A stretch of DNA of 63,270 nucleotides, counting the filler, from Collodictyon triciliatum (Eukaryota), in assembly GCA_043381765.1 (NCBI GenBank). It is 21 parts of 21 records of this genome, joined end to end, with 100 filler letters (N's around TTAATTAATTAA, not from the genome) between each part and the next. Parts side by side here need not be neighbours in the genome. Positions count along the whole stretch, not along the records: positions 48,321 to 51,231 come from JBHJMP010008078.1; positions 51,332 to 54,242 come from JBHJMP010008079.1; positions 54,343 to 57,252 come from JBHJMP010008082.1; positions 57,353 to 60,261 come from JBHJMP010008083.1; positions 60,362 to 63,270 come from JBHJMP010008084.1; 16 more parts are not named here. One strand, written 5' to 3'. Made by a program: the position numbers and the translations under genes. The notes beneath the pieces are model-generated. The model was given only the letters and a program-made list of their open reading frames with translations, had not been told where the DNA came from and ran no database searches. Positions 48,478 to 61,700 of the stretch are shown here, one piece after another (the first letter of the stretch is position 1; each line of letters opens with the position of its first letter).

Positions 48478-51231
48478 ATGAGCAAAGAGGACCAATTGTA
48501 TAAAAGTTACTTGAAATTAGTTCAAGATGGTAAATTGGAAGACCTGAAAAAAATAGCAAAAGAAAATAAAGTAGATATTTCTAACTTGGGTGGCAATCCT
48601 ATAAGAATTGCTACAGCCGTTGCAAAAAAAATGGCTGAACCTAGTTCAGCTGAATCATCAAGGACAGTTCAAACAACAAAAACACCTCCAACTAAACCAC
48701 AGACTTATGAACCTCAATCAAAAAAACCAGCAAGAGAAAAACCAAAAACTAAAAAAGGAGAGGAAGAAGTTAAAGACGAGGAGACAGAGGCCGAGGATGT
48801 AGAATTTGAGGAAAATCGTATATATGGAGAAGATGAAATTGGTGCAATGACAGTAACAAAAATTCAACAACAATTTGCCAAATTTTATCCTACAGCAAAA
48901 ATGAATAAATCAATAAAAAAAGAGGACGCAGTTAAACAATATTTAGGGGAGCAACGAAAATATTATGTAACTGAATTTGTAAAATTAATTAATGATAATA
49001 CTAAATCAGCGCCTTATAATACAGAAGATTTAATTAAATTTTATAAATTTTTTTTAGACTCTATGAATGAGTATGATTTTATGCTTGCATATGAACATCC
49101 AAGAATGCAAGAATTTATTAAAAGGATTAGAGGTGCGCCAAATGCAGATTTCTTACCTTGGGATAAAGCGGCAATTTGGGTAATGGAAAAATACTATGAC
49201 CAACAATTGAAAGTATCAGACTTTGTTTATCTTATGGCCAGTAATCCTACAATGGCCCAAGAAATCGAAGAGGAAGGAGATGATCCCAATGTTCCGTATA
49301 ATATTAATACATTTGTGGATCAACTAAAGGAAAAATACAAAGGTGGAATAATTAATGCTAAACAAGTTAAAACTTCTGCAGACTATAAAAAGTGGTTTGA
49401 ACAACAAATCAAACCTATATATCCAAGTACTTTTTATTATGGATATGATGAAAATAAGCCAGACTGGAGACATGATGAAACAGAACTTAATGCCCTGCGG
49501 CAATTATTTTATGAAACTTATCACGAGCCAGAAAAGAATACAGAGGTAGAGAGAAGAATAATGAAAAGAATAAAAAATCAAAGAATTGATAGAGATGGAA
49601 TGATTTCATTTTTGGCCGATAGATTTTTATTAAATCAAGATGTGCGCACTGCTCAAAAAACATTTTCTAACTGGGAAAAAGTAAAAGACTATCGAGAAAG
49701 TACAAGAAGTATGTTTGCAGCAGAGAGTCACGATTTTTATATAGGTGGCTTTAATAGTAAAAAGCCTAATGAAACTTTTTACACCTATCTTCCATATGAT
49801 CCCGTAACTAATTTAGTTGTTGGAACAATAAAATCGGGTACGCAGCAGGGGGAATCTATTAGTAAACAACCAAGTCCAGTTTCACCTCTAGCAATAAAAA
49901 AAGTGGCATTACAAGACATTTCATTTGGAGATACACCGGTGCCCACCAAAACACCAAATACATCGTTTCAAACACCTTTTACTCCCGTACCTCGTAAAGA
50001 AACTAAAGAAGAAATCAAGGCAAGAATTGCAGAAAGACAGCGGCGTGAATCTACTGCTCTTAAATCAACTGTTTCAGGAGCCGAAAATGTTGTAGAAGCA
50101 ACTACAGCCAAACAAAGATTACAAAAAAATCTTGACGAGCGGGCGTTTGAAATTATTGATGAAGATGAAGATGAACCTACACGTGTTTTTCCGGCAGATA
50201 TGAGAAATGTTTCTGCAATTAGTGCACAGTCAGCTGAGTCATTTGGCTCTTTTGAATCTGCTACATCAGCTAGATTTGAAGAAGACGAACCGGTATTTGT
50301 AACAACAAAAACAACTGATATGTCACAAGCAAAATTTGGTACTGCACCAGAAGGCACATTTGATACAAGTCAGCTTATACCAGGTCCTAGAGGCAAAGAG
50401 GGTGGACCTATTACACCAGAAAAATTAAAAGAAGTTGTAACATTTTCACAATTTTCAGATTATTCACAACAACCTCAGACAAAAATAGGCGGCGGTAGAT
50501 TTACAACAGACACACAGACCTCTCCACCTCCACCAGACCTAAGAAATGAATTGCAAGCGGCTATAAATGATTTGGAAGAGGCTAGAAATGATAATCTGGC
50601 GTCTAGTCAAACTATTGCACAATTAATAAGAGAAAAGGATGAAGTAGAACAAGAACTTAAAGCATATAAAGGAGCAGAAAAATTAGATAAACAGCAAAGA
50701 TTAATAGAAGTTAGACAACAAAAAGAAGAAAAACTACGGATTGAAAATGAGTTAAAAGCGCAAAGAGACGAAATTGCAAATCAAAAAGACGAAATTGCAA
50801 GACTAAAAAGTGTTGAAGTTACTTTAAAAACTAAAGAATCAGAATTGGCAGCACTTCAAACAAAATTGGATCAAGAAACAAAATTACGAAATATATCTAA
50901 AACTAGAAATGATAGGTTAGATAATGATATTGCAGGCTATAAATCTCAAGTAGCAGCATTAATTAGAGAAAAAGAACAATTACAACTAGACTTGGCTAGT
51001 AAAGATGTTAATATCGAACTTATGAAACGACAAAATACAACAGGTGCAGATAATTTAGCAGCAATTAAAAAAGCTACTGAAACACTCAATGCACAATTAG
51101 AAACGGCAAATTCAAGATTAGCAGAATTTGAAAGTAAAACACCTCAATTAGTAGCTGAAAGAAATAGACTAAAAGAAGATTTAAAAACTGCACAAGAACA
51201 ACTTCAAGAATTAGATAAAGAATTAGATGAA
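48478..51231 (+). CDS. Intronless protein of more than 918 aa with a C-terminal coiled coil; unknown family, possibly viral; 3'-truncated
   Basis: Uninterrupted 2.75-kb frame with strongly A/T-ending codons. Rho_N/SAP-like motifs near the N-terminus (KLEDLKKIAKENKVDIS; MTVTKIQQ..IKKEDAV) and heptad-rich sequence from about aa 690. Confidence 0.88.
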
Positions 51232-51588
51232 NNNNNNNNNNNNNNNNNNNNNNNNNNNNNNNNNNNNNNNNNNNNTTAATTAATTAANNNNNNNNNNNNN
51301 NNNNNNNNNNNNNNNNNNNNNNNNNNNNNNNAAAAGAAAAAAAGAAAAGAAAAAAAGAAAAGAAAAAAAGAAAAGAAAAAAAGAAAAGAAAAAAAGAAAA
51401 GAAAAAAAGAAAAGAAAAAAGAAAAGAAAAAAGAAAAGAAAAAAGAAAAGAAAAGAAAAAAGAAAAGAAAAGAAAAAAAGAAAAGAAAATAAGAAAGGAG
51501 AAAACAAAGCTGGAGGCGAATAGCACGCATACATGCTCCCTCCGACCCTTTGTTTCGCCTCATAAAACAACACCTCAAATAGACAGCC

Positions 51589-53495
51589 ATGTGGCTTCGC
51601 ACCCTGCTCGCTGCCCGCCAAGTACGCACAAAGCCTGCGTTTCTCTCTGCGCCCGGGCCGAGTCACATCGAGCCGCACCAACTCGCAAATCATAGCACTC
51701 TGCAGCGCCCTTTTCACAGCCCAGGCCCAAGTCATAGACATGCCCGCGCACTGAGCCCGGCACGAATCTACGGAATCCGCTGCTACACAGATTCGCTGGC
51801 GCCCCGATCTTCGCAGCTGGCTGCGTTCTCAACCGCGTCCGATCCCTCGGCGGCGGAAAAGGCCTCATTCCACGGCCAGCTGCGAGCCCCAAAGCGACCG
51901 CGCAAGAAACAGGACATGGTGGAGCTGGCAACCGAGAGCGACGCTCCAGAGGCATCTTCGACAGCCCATCAAGATGAAGCATCGTCTGCAGAGTCTACAC
52001 AAAGGCAAGGGAAGCGCCGTCCGCTCGGCCAGACAGACAACACGGCCAGTTTCATCGCGCTGGTTCGCAAGGCTCAATCGTCCTCAGAGAGTGCAGAATC
52101 CATTGAGATTGCCTGTCGCGTGGCCGATGATATCAGCCTTCGATTCAGGAGAAATCGTGCCGAAATACATGCCCAGTCGCTGGTTCAGCAGGTATATACC
52201 ACAATCTTATCTTGTATTATTGTTAAGCCTTTCCGTCAATTTTCCACTTTATAATTTTATAAAAGTTCTTGTGGAATAGAAAAATTCAAGGCGCTGAACT
52301 TACCCGTAAATAGGTGCAGCTCTTAATAGACAATGATGTCCCAGAGACAAAAATACTACGACTTTACCGAATCTTCCCAGAAGCAATTAGGTTGAGCATA
52401 GGTAATATGAAGGCTAAAGTGGAGTTTTTGCGGGCGATACAAGGAGGAGAAGAAAAAAGGTGTTATATCAGTCTATTTCTCATACATAGCCTCTAAAAAA
52501 TAAAACAAAAAATTGTCCTTGGTAACCGAAGTAGTGTACAGCACACATCTATATTCCTACAAAATATTTATTATAAGGCAAGGTCATATTTCGTATAATA
52601 TTCTATTTCCTCACTTAAATGCAAAGGATTTCTATTCAATTACCTAGGTTCAAAATCAACTTGTGCTCGTCAGTCCTTGGACTAAACGTTGAGACTGCAA
52701 GGAAACGTATAGAATATTTGAAATCTATGGGAATGAGTGATAAATTTATCATTCAGATCACAAAAAGATGGCCTTGTATTTATTCTTTTCGGCTGGAAGA
52801 CCGAATTCCGCACTACGCTACATTTTTCAGACAGTATGGAATCACACAAGATCAATTTATGGACATGATTGCAAAGTCTCCGTCTTTGATGGGATTGTCG
52901 CTGGTACAAAATTTATTCTGATAGTACTTTGTTTACCCTTGATTCGATTCGAGATGTATTTTCCAAATGATAGATGTGTTTTTGTTTTAAAGGCAATGTC
53001 CTTTCTTTGACTTCTGATATCATATTCTTTTGTATTTTCCTCGCTTGACCCACATTGTTCAATCAGGAAAAAATAGAGAGCAAAATTTCTGCCTTGTTAA
53101 GAATCGGAATCAGCAAAGATGACATTGGAGCGATGATTTCTCGGTCACCGATGATATTAGGCCAGTGCATCGAGGGAGAGGGCCGAACAGCCCAGAAAAT
53201 ATCCTTTATAACAACTCAGCTGAATAGCTCGCTTCAGTCAGTCATCAACTTTCCAAACATTCTAAGTTATTCGTATGAATCCCGCTACTGGTTTCGAAAC
53301 GAGGTCTACAAATGGAAATACAAACAAGTGATGAAGATGTATTATATCCGCATATCGGATGAATGGTTCTCTAGAATCCTGGGGCTAACACCCAAACAAC
53401 TGGAGGATGCATACAAGCATTTTAAAGAGACAAGAAAAATCCACATCACCCCCAATAATTCACAAATCACCGAACCACGAAAAAAAAATCCCTAA
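51589..53495 (+). CDS. mTERF-family protein with a mitochondrial-type transit peptide, multi-exon
   Basis: Arg/Ala-rich leader MWLRTLLAARQVR; mTERF repeats FPEAIRLSIGNMKAKVEFL, VLGLNVETARKRIEYLKSMG, MIAKSPSLMGLSL, MISRSPMILG, FPNILSYSYESR. Confidence 0.88.
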
Positions 53496-54144
53496 AGGAG
53501 ATTCCTCTACCACCCTTCATTTTTTTTTTTTTTTTTTTTAGCCTTTTGATACCTTCAACATAAATTATATTTAAAATATGATAGCAAAGGGGGCAGGTGA
53601 GTAGTGTTCATCTTTTATTTCTTTCTCTTTTTCATAAGGAATAAAACTAAGTCCTTGAAATTCTATGCAAACAATCTAAATACCATCATTCAACGAACAC
53701 GGTCAGCTTAATGTTCATAATCATATAGAAATCAACAGAAAATTGCCCAATGAAAAAAAAAACATGCTTACTAGTTTTTCACCTATGACTATCGCGAGGT
53801 GGAGGTTTAGGCATCATCCTGATGGGAATTCATAACTTTTTTGGTCTAGTCGATGTCAATTTGAAATTCTTCTGTGTTCAACAGAGGTATTTTGATGCCC
53901 ACTGTGTACTTAACCACCTATTTTATTTTAGACTTCTAGGTTATTTTTTCCCCAAGATGACCTTAAGTGGTATTATATCTTGCATCCAGGAGAAAATCAT
54001 CTATGGATTTATCAAGACTATGTCTTTGATGTGAAGTAATTGCGTATTAATATATTCAAAATTGATTGATTTCAATATATGTATGTTTTGATACTGATGG
54101 CTTTTTTTTTCTCAATCTGAGATGTTACTGCTCTTATTTTTTTC

Positions 54145-54177
<33 letters not shown>

Positions 54178-56727
54178 CATACATACATACATACATACAT
54201 ACATACATACATACATACATACATACATACATACATACATACNNNNNNNNNNNNNNNNNNNNNNNNNNNNNNNNNNNNNNNNNNNNTTAATTAATTAANN
54301 NNNNNNNNNNNNNNNNNNNNNNNNNNNNNNNNNNNNNNNNNNATAAAAACCAAAATAAAAACCAAAATAAAAACCAAAATAAAAACCAAAATAAAAACCA
54401 AAATAAAAACCAAAATAAAAACCAAAATAAAAACCAAAATAAAAACCAAAATAAAAACCAAAATAAAAACCAAAATAAAAACCAAAATAAAAACCAAAAT
54501 AAAAACCAAAATAAAAACCAAAACGAAAAAAACAGTTGACGCAAATGACATTGTGACTAAACGCCCTCAGAATGATTTTCATTTCCGATTCATTCATATA
54601 ACTCAACTGACACTCATCTCCATTAAAAACATGCCATTCAAGCTGGTCAATTATTCATTTTTGTATTGTTTTGTACACATCAAAGGAAAGGAAAGCTGTG
54701 GAAGAGGCAACCATAAGTCTCGACATAGATCACTCCTTTTCACTAAACAACTACTCCCTGGAGATAATCAAGGGGTATTCTCCATTTTGCATGCAGCTTA
54801 CTTTTTTTTCTTTTTAATGGTATTATGCTTAATTGGTCGGCATAGGGCGGTTCGAGTCTTTGTAAATAGCACCCTTCTGTATGCCAAAAACGGTTTGTAT
54901 GAATTGTTAGTCTTGTACATGGGAAATCTTATATCTTTAGAGGGTACCTTTTAAAAAGTATCTGCAATAAGCTTAAGTTATGGAACAATCCTTTTTCCTT
55001 TACTCTCATAAATTATCAGGGGATGAACCTTTCGTAAAAATAGCTCCATTCGCATCCGTTTGGGTATCGAAAGAGTATTCATTTCAGACATAATATCCTG
55101 TCGATTGAAAAAATAAAGTTTCATGATACCCTACCTTTCTATTCAATTGATTTTTTTCATAGCAAATCTATTTGAATGTTTGTCGTAGTATACACTATCA
55201 TTCTATTCATCTTAGAGAGACATGGGCATCACCCTTCTTGGCAACACAAGACTTAATAGCAGCTGTCGGAATATTCAAGGATATGTCATTTACATATTTG
55301 GAAGGCGAGGTGATTTTTTTTCCTCTTGGATTAGTTATTAAACACTGACAAATTTCATCACCAACTTAAGAACGAAATATATCACCATTCAGTTACCATA
55401 TCATCGTTATATCCAAGTGTGACCATGTATGACAGCACTATGTAATTTTATAGTTCAAAGGATCTCAAATTGAAATTGAATGCGAATCAGCTGTCATTGA
55501 CGCCTTGCGTATCACACTAGCTCGTGAGACTATACTTAGTTGTAATACATTAATGGACTAGATGGTGATACACGAGCTGTGATTGCGTTTCCGCACTCAC
55601 CATGTTAAAAAATACAGTGTTTTAAAAGAATCTTCTGCACATTTTTACTATCAGTATGATAATAAACTAACATAAAGCATTTTGTTGTTGTAGTTGTTAT
55701 ACTTGTTACTTTGTCCTGTGCTTTTATTTGCCAGAGAATATCAAATAGAATCCAACGAATGGTCAACTCAAGAGTCTACTGGGCAGTTGGGCAGGGGACT
55801 GGAGAAAACACCGACATTGAGATGAACTTGCGGAGGGAAGATGTCGCACAGTTCGTATGGCTTCTCCCCCCCCATTTCATTCCTCTCTATTATTTTTGTC
55901 GTTGATTCGATAAGAAAAAAAATGCAACATGTATATATTTATTCACCAATTTTGCAGAATAGCTTTCACTCTATCAAAAAAAATGCTTTATGTGGTTGTT
56001 TATTCTCACTTTTAAAGTTTAACAGGATGAGGATTCTTCAAACGAAGATGGAAGCCGTAATTTAGTTTGATGTGTTTTGCTGTTTTTCTCTGCAATAAAG
56101 TGATATTCTCCAGAAAATTGGTCGGCATCTAGCATATTGTTTTCCACAAATATGTTAAACCAATCCACTTCGATATAGGTCGCGGCTCTGGGGATGAACA
56201 GTGGACAGAGCAGTTTATGGTTTGGATTCACATGATATAGATTGTGCTTGGTGTCTTACTGTCTCTGTGTCGAGATTAGATAAGCATGATAAGATCTAAA
56301 TATTTTGGGATTTCTGTGCATGAAAAGAAATCATATACACGCCTGGAGTATTAGTTTGGTAACATAGCTTGTGGATAATATTTGGGCACGTGCAGGAGCA
56401 AATGCGATTGATACTGGAGCAAATGGAAAGACATGCACATGCGCACGCACAGTTACGTGGGCAGACTCATGCCCAGGTGCAGGACGGACAGACGGGCGTA
56501 TCAGCTGCATATTTGCATCGTCTGCCAGTTCGGATATTCTCATCCTCACGCGAAAGGGGAGGCGGCAGGTGCTTATAATCAGATATATTGCATCTCAGGA
56601 CTATGTGTCATGTTAATTCTTACGGCATAAATCACTCGAGTTTGTACACGTATGGGCATGTATTTGCGCATGCGTGTGTATTATGTTAAAGGAAACCTTC
56701 TTGCTCTTACCCCAACACACGATGCAG

Positions 56728-56872
56728 CTGTTCTATCTGCCTGGGCGACTACCAGGACGGTGAGGAGCTCAGAACACTGCCGTGCTTCCATGTATTCCAC
56801 GTTGCGTGTGTGGATCCGTGGCTGCAATCGAAGGGCTCTTGTCCAATCTGTAAAATGGACCTTGTGGAGTGA
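56728..56872 (+). CDS. Terminal exon of a RING-H2 E3 ubiquitin ligase (frame absent from the ORF track); upstream exons lie within about 54685-56060
   Basis: After the gcag acceptor: [47 protein letters not shown], a complete C3H2C3 pattern. Confidence 0.93.
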
Positions 56873-57742
56873 CTCAGAACCGTGCGATGCGCCTTACTCG
56901 ACCCGCCCTTTATCTCTGCTTTCCTCTCACCTTGCCTCTGTCCTGTGTAAATGGCCTCACTCTTGCTTTGGCCCTCTCAAAAGCCGTCTTTACCATCTGC
57001 AAATCGCTGCCGCTGCTCATGAACTGTCGATAAGATGGGCAGCAAATATAAATCACCCAAGTGCCTCCGCAGACAGCGCCTTTCCCAACAGACACACACC
57101 CCACACACAGCCAACAACTCTGGGTGCGGCGTAGTTCCCTTCGTGCATTCATACCTTATCAGGATATTTAATCATCCTTCACATCCAATCCTGCAAAAAA
57201 AACCAAAAAAACCAAAAAAACCAAAAAAACCAAAAAAACCAAAAAAACCAAANNNNNNNNNNNNNNNNNNNNNNNNNNNNNNNNNNNNNNNNNNNNTTAA
57301 TTAATTAANNNNNNNNNNNNNNNNNNNNNNNNNNNNNNNNNNNNNNNNNNNNTTTTCTTTTCTTTTCTTTTCTTTTCTTTTCTTTTCTTTTCTTTTCTTT
57401 TCTTTTCTTTTCTTTTCTTTTCTTTTCTTTTCTTTTCTTTTCTTTTCTTCCTTTCTCTCTTTCTTTCTTTCCTTCTTTGTTTACTTTCGCGAAGTATTAT
57501 ACTAGTCTCAACTATGGAAGTGCTCTCTCCGCTCGCAGAATTGTTTAAGAGACCTCGCCGGCTTAATTATATCATTAGAAGTCTAACCCTCAAAGAAGGT
57601 GTCTGCTTTACCTCTATTTTGTCCATGAGACAAGACAAGGAGGTGGTCTGAGCGTATTACTTCTGCACGTAACATATTAACCAACAATACCACGATAAAC
57701 AGGCCAGCAATCGAAGAAAATTAAGAGGATAAAGTATCTTCG

Positions 57743-60083
57743 ATGCCATGCATCCTGCGTGTAAAGATCATCAAAGCGCGTCGGCTTCCGGTGATGGATC
57801 AAAGAACTCGACGCGCTGACTCCTATGTCGAGGTATTATCTATCATCTTATCTTCCGTTTTATGTTATTCGTATGCAATTTCTGTGTCACTTTATTTAAT
57901 CTTATTAGTATTAGTATCTGTAGTATTGGTTTTGTTAATTTTGGTAGTATTATTAGTGATTTTGTTAGCTTTGCTTTGCTTCGTGTTTTCTATTACAGAA
58001 AGAAAAATATTGAATAAACTTATTTTCATATCCACTTCATAAACTACTTTTCGGTCGATGGATGTAAGATGGTCTAGTATTTTCTATCAGATGATAGTAA
58101 TCGCAAATGATATAGTTTACTAGCCCCGTCCTCAAGTTTCAAACGGAAGTACAGTGGAATACACTTGAGCCAGAATGGGGACACGAAGGCCAGGTCGAGG
58201 TGTCTGATAGCAACACCCTTTTGCAGGAGCCACTTGAGTTCAAGTTTGTGTTACTGCTCTTATTTGGTGATATGTCACTTCTTTTCTATGCAATAAAAAA
58301 TGCTATATTTAAACTTGCTAACCTCTTTTGAAATTTTTATTCATATTTTACTTGCTGCGTAAGGTATATCGCTCTGATGTCTTTTCGAAATACCATTTTT
58401 CTCAAAATGATTATGCATTTTCATTATATACGCAGGCTATGGGATCACGACAAGGTTGCAGATGATATCATCGGCTCCGTATACATAAATCTCGGCCCAG
58501 CAATGGCTCGCAAACAAGATGACTCTAAGATTCGAATCGGAGGCTGGTTTCCAATTTACGATACCCTAAGAGGAATATCGGGCGAACTGCAAGTTAGTAT
58601 ATCCATCGAAATTATTGGAGATGTTTCAAAGTCGCTGGAGTCATCTGTTGGTGTGTCTGTACACAGTGGTATGTGTAAACTGAATTGTAGTTATAGATTT
58701 TTTATATATATAAAATGAGTATTTGTGTTTTGATATGTTAAAAAAAAAAAANNNNNNNNNNNNNNNNNNNNNNNNNNNNNNNNNNNNNNNNNNNNNNNNN
58801 NNNNNNNNNNNNNNNNNNNNNNNNNNNNNNNNNNNNNNNNNNNNNNNNNNNNNNNNNNNNNNNNNNNNNNNNNNNNNNNNNNNNNNNNNNNNNNNNNNNN
58901 NNNNNNNNNNNNNNNNNNNNNNNNNNNNNNNNNNNNNNNNNNNNNNNNNNNNNNNNNNNNNNNNNNNNNNNNNNNNNNNNNNNNNNNNNNNNNNNNNNNN
59001 NNNNNNNNNNNNNNNNNNNNNNNNNNNNNNNNNNNNNNNNNNNNNNNNNNNNNNNNNNNNNNNNNNNNNNNNNNNNNNNNNNNNNNNNNNNNNNNNNNNN
59101 NNNNNNNNNNNNNNNNNNNNNNNNNNNNNNNNNNNNNNNNNNNNNNNNNNNNNNNNNNNNNNNNNNNNNNNNNNNNNNNNNNGTGACAATATCCCTTGTT
59201 GATAATTAAATACTAACGCTTCAATTACATATGTATCACCGACAATCTCTAGCCGCATAAGAAAGCCGCTTTGTAAAAAAGTTGCAGACTGGGGAGGCAA
59301 TGCTATTCTAGGGTACCAACTCAATCTTGACTTTGAATTTGAGAAAGAGATTGTTGCCATCGCTTATGGAACTGCTTGCCGAATTGAGAAGGTCTTTAGT
59401 TCAATTCAAGAAATGTGTGGGATAATTAATTCTCATGATACTAATTTTAATATGCATTTGCATACAACCCTTTTTCTCTGAGTATCTTCACCTAAATTAC
59501 CGATTCCAGATTTCTGACGAGGATGATTCCCCATCCGCCTCATTTGGATCTTCGATGGCTTTACCAATATCTTCTGCATTTCCCCTCAATCGCCAACCTT
59601 CGCTTCCGGCAACACCTTCTTCTTCTTCACTAGAACTAGATTCACCTATATCTGACGGTTTGAATTTTTGTGCAAACGAGCTAAATTAATGCATACGCTA
59701 ATGTATGTATGAAATCAGTGCCTGGGACAAAAAAAAAAAAAAATCAATCAGATTTCACTCATCCCCATCCTCTATTTTCGTTTCTTTTTTTTTTTAACTA
59801 TGCAGCCAAATACCGGAGCAGACGAGAAGGCAGTTTTCGGGATGACATCGCCGCCAAACAGCTTTACATAGCAAATAGATCTCTTCAGGTATTGCTTCCA
59901 TACTCCCTTTCGATCCATTTCTAGCTATATCAATAAACCCAACATATTTTTATTTACTTTTTAATTGAATTTTTTTATTATTGTTAAAATTTTCGTATGA
60001 TTGATTGACGGACTAGGAGGTACAACTACTGACCTTAACGTCATTGCCTCATGGCTGCATTCTCAGGATTGGTGGACTAGTTG
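57743..60083 (+). CDS. C2CD5: C2CD5/CDP138 homologue, 5' part, multi-exon with an internal N gap
   Basis: MPCILRVKIIKARRLPVMD..ADSYVE|..TLEPEW..LLQEPLEFK|LWDHD..DDIIGSVYINL..GWFPIYDTLRGISGEL; GGNAILGYQ..FE..AYGTAC; EVQLLTLTSLPHG..RIGGLV. Confidence 0.92.
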
Positions 60084-60361
60084 GTGTATGATGTTAATTA
60101 TTTTTCTTTTTCTTTTTCTTTACGTTCTCGAGTACATGATAATGTATATATATATCTATCTACTATCTATCTACTATCTATCTACTATCTATCTACTATC
60201 TATCTACTATCTATCTACTATCTATCTACTATCTATCTACTATCTATCTACTATCTATCTANNNNNNNNNNNNNNNNNNNNNNNNNNNNNNNNNNNNNNN
60301 NNNNNTTAATTAATTAANNNNNNNNNNNNNNNNNNNNNNNNNNNNNNNNNNNNNNNNNNNN

Positions 60362-61700
60362 CGAGGCGGAATGGCCTGTATTAAAAAAACAGCTTTCTAT
60401 ACTTCTTATCCAAAAATCGAGCTGGTTCAAAAATAAGGATGGAGAGGAGCGGAAGAAGCTTGAAAGGGAGAAAGAGGCTCTTATGAAAGCAGTAGATAGA
60501 CCATCGGGGTGGAGCTCGCTCTTGAAGGAAAACATAAACGCAAGCCACGACTCATCAAAGGCTTCGCAAGTTGCAGCCAGTTCTTCTGGTTCCAACGCTG
60601 GTGCGGAAAAACCCCGAGTGGCACGTAAGTCCAGGGAGACGCGTGCAAGGAAGCCGCCTACAAATCTGTCTGAGCGGATAGTATTTTTGCACGGGGTCGA
60701 GCAAGTCTTTTACAACAAGGACAAGGCACGCAGACTCACAGATGCGCTCGCCTCCTTCTTGAAAGCGAACAAAGTTTAGGAAGAGTCCATCCAATTGCGC
60801 TTACCGGACAGCGAAAGCCTTTGCCTGACTGCCTTCTGCACTCAAAAAAACACCCGAAAGCTTCTGGAGCTGAAGCAGGCAAGTTTGAGCGACATTACAA
60901 TCATCTTAAGCAGAAGTAAACCAACAGAGTCCTCGGTGATGCTCTACTAACTACCGCTGAAACTGTGACCGCAAATCCTTCGTGAGGAGTTGAAGCCGTT
61001 CAGGCCGACCCACGGGGAGATCAAAAAAGGACAAAGGCTTTTCATAGACACGGCCGTGGTGAAGCTTCTTTGTCACAAGAACCAGCTCCCTGCAAAGTTT
61101 ACGGTCATGGGCAAAAGGTGTTCAAAGCGCATTCTCAAAGAGAGTCCGCCAGCCGCGAACAACGAACGACAAGTAAAAGCCAAAGCAAAAGAATACATCT
61201 GACAAGCAGACAAGCAGCAACGGGGTCAAGGAAGCAAAGGCCAGGCAACAACTGAGCCCGCAAGACTCACAGCAGATACGCGCATACAGCGACAGCGACG
61301 ATGACATGGAAGGAAATCTTGGTTCCTCTTCAGAATCTTTGCACTAGAGCCCTTCACCGCCAACACCGGACAAGCCCGCACATCGCAAGACCCAAGAGCA
61401 GCGCATCTCCATACCCCGAAAGAAAATACCCCCTTAAACTACTCATTCAGACTGACGTGAATATGGTTAACATAGGAGGCATCAAGGCAGTCTTCGTTAC
61501 ATATCCGAAAGGATACTTACAAGCAAAGGCAACACAAGAACCAGCGCCCACCAAAGATAGTCCGTTTACCCTGCCCCAGCCCGTCGCACCGAGAACCAAG
61601 GAGCAAAAGCAAACAGCACAAGTCGAATCCAAGCTTGGAACTTCACATACAACAAAGACAGTCCGAGCAAACATGAGCGTATATTTCTAAAACCAAAAAC
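60362..61700 (+). pseudogene. Second decayed non-LTR ORF1-like relic
   Basis: One frame is interrupted by TAG 60777, TAA 60948, TGA 60966 and TGA 61200, with later frameshifts. Its core SVMLY*LPLKL*PQILREELKPFRPTHGEIKKGQRLFIDTAVVKLLCHKNQLPAKFTVMGKRCSKRI parallels the 951-1600 relic. Confidence 0.45.

Noticed and set aside
56652-57134. 160-aa ORF listed in the track
   Set aside because: It is a shadow frame. The real coding exon is the RING-H2 at 56728-56872 in another frame.
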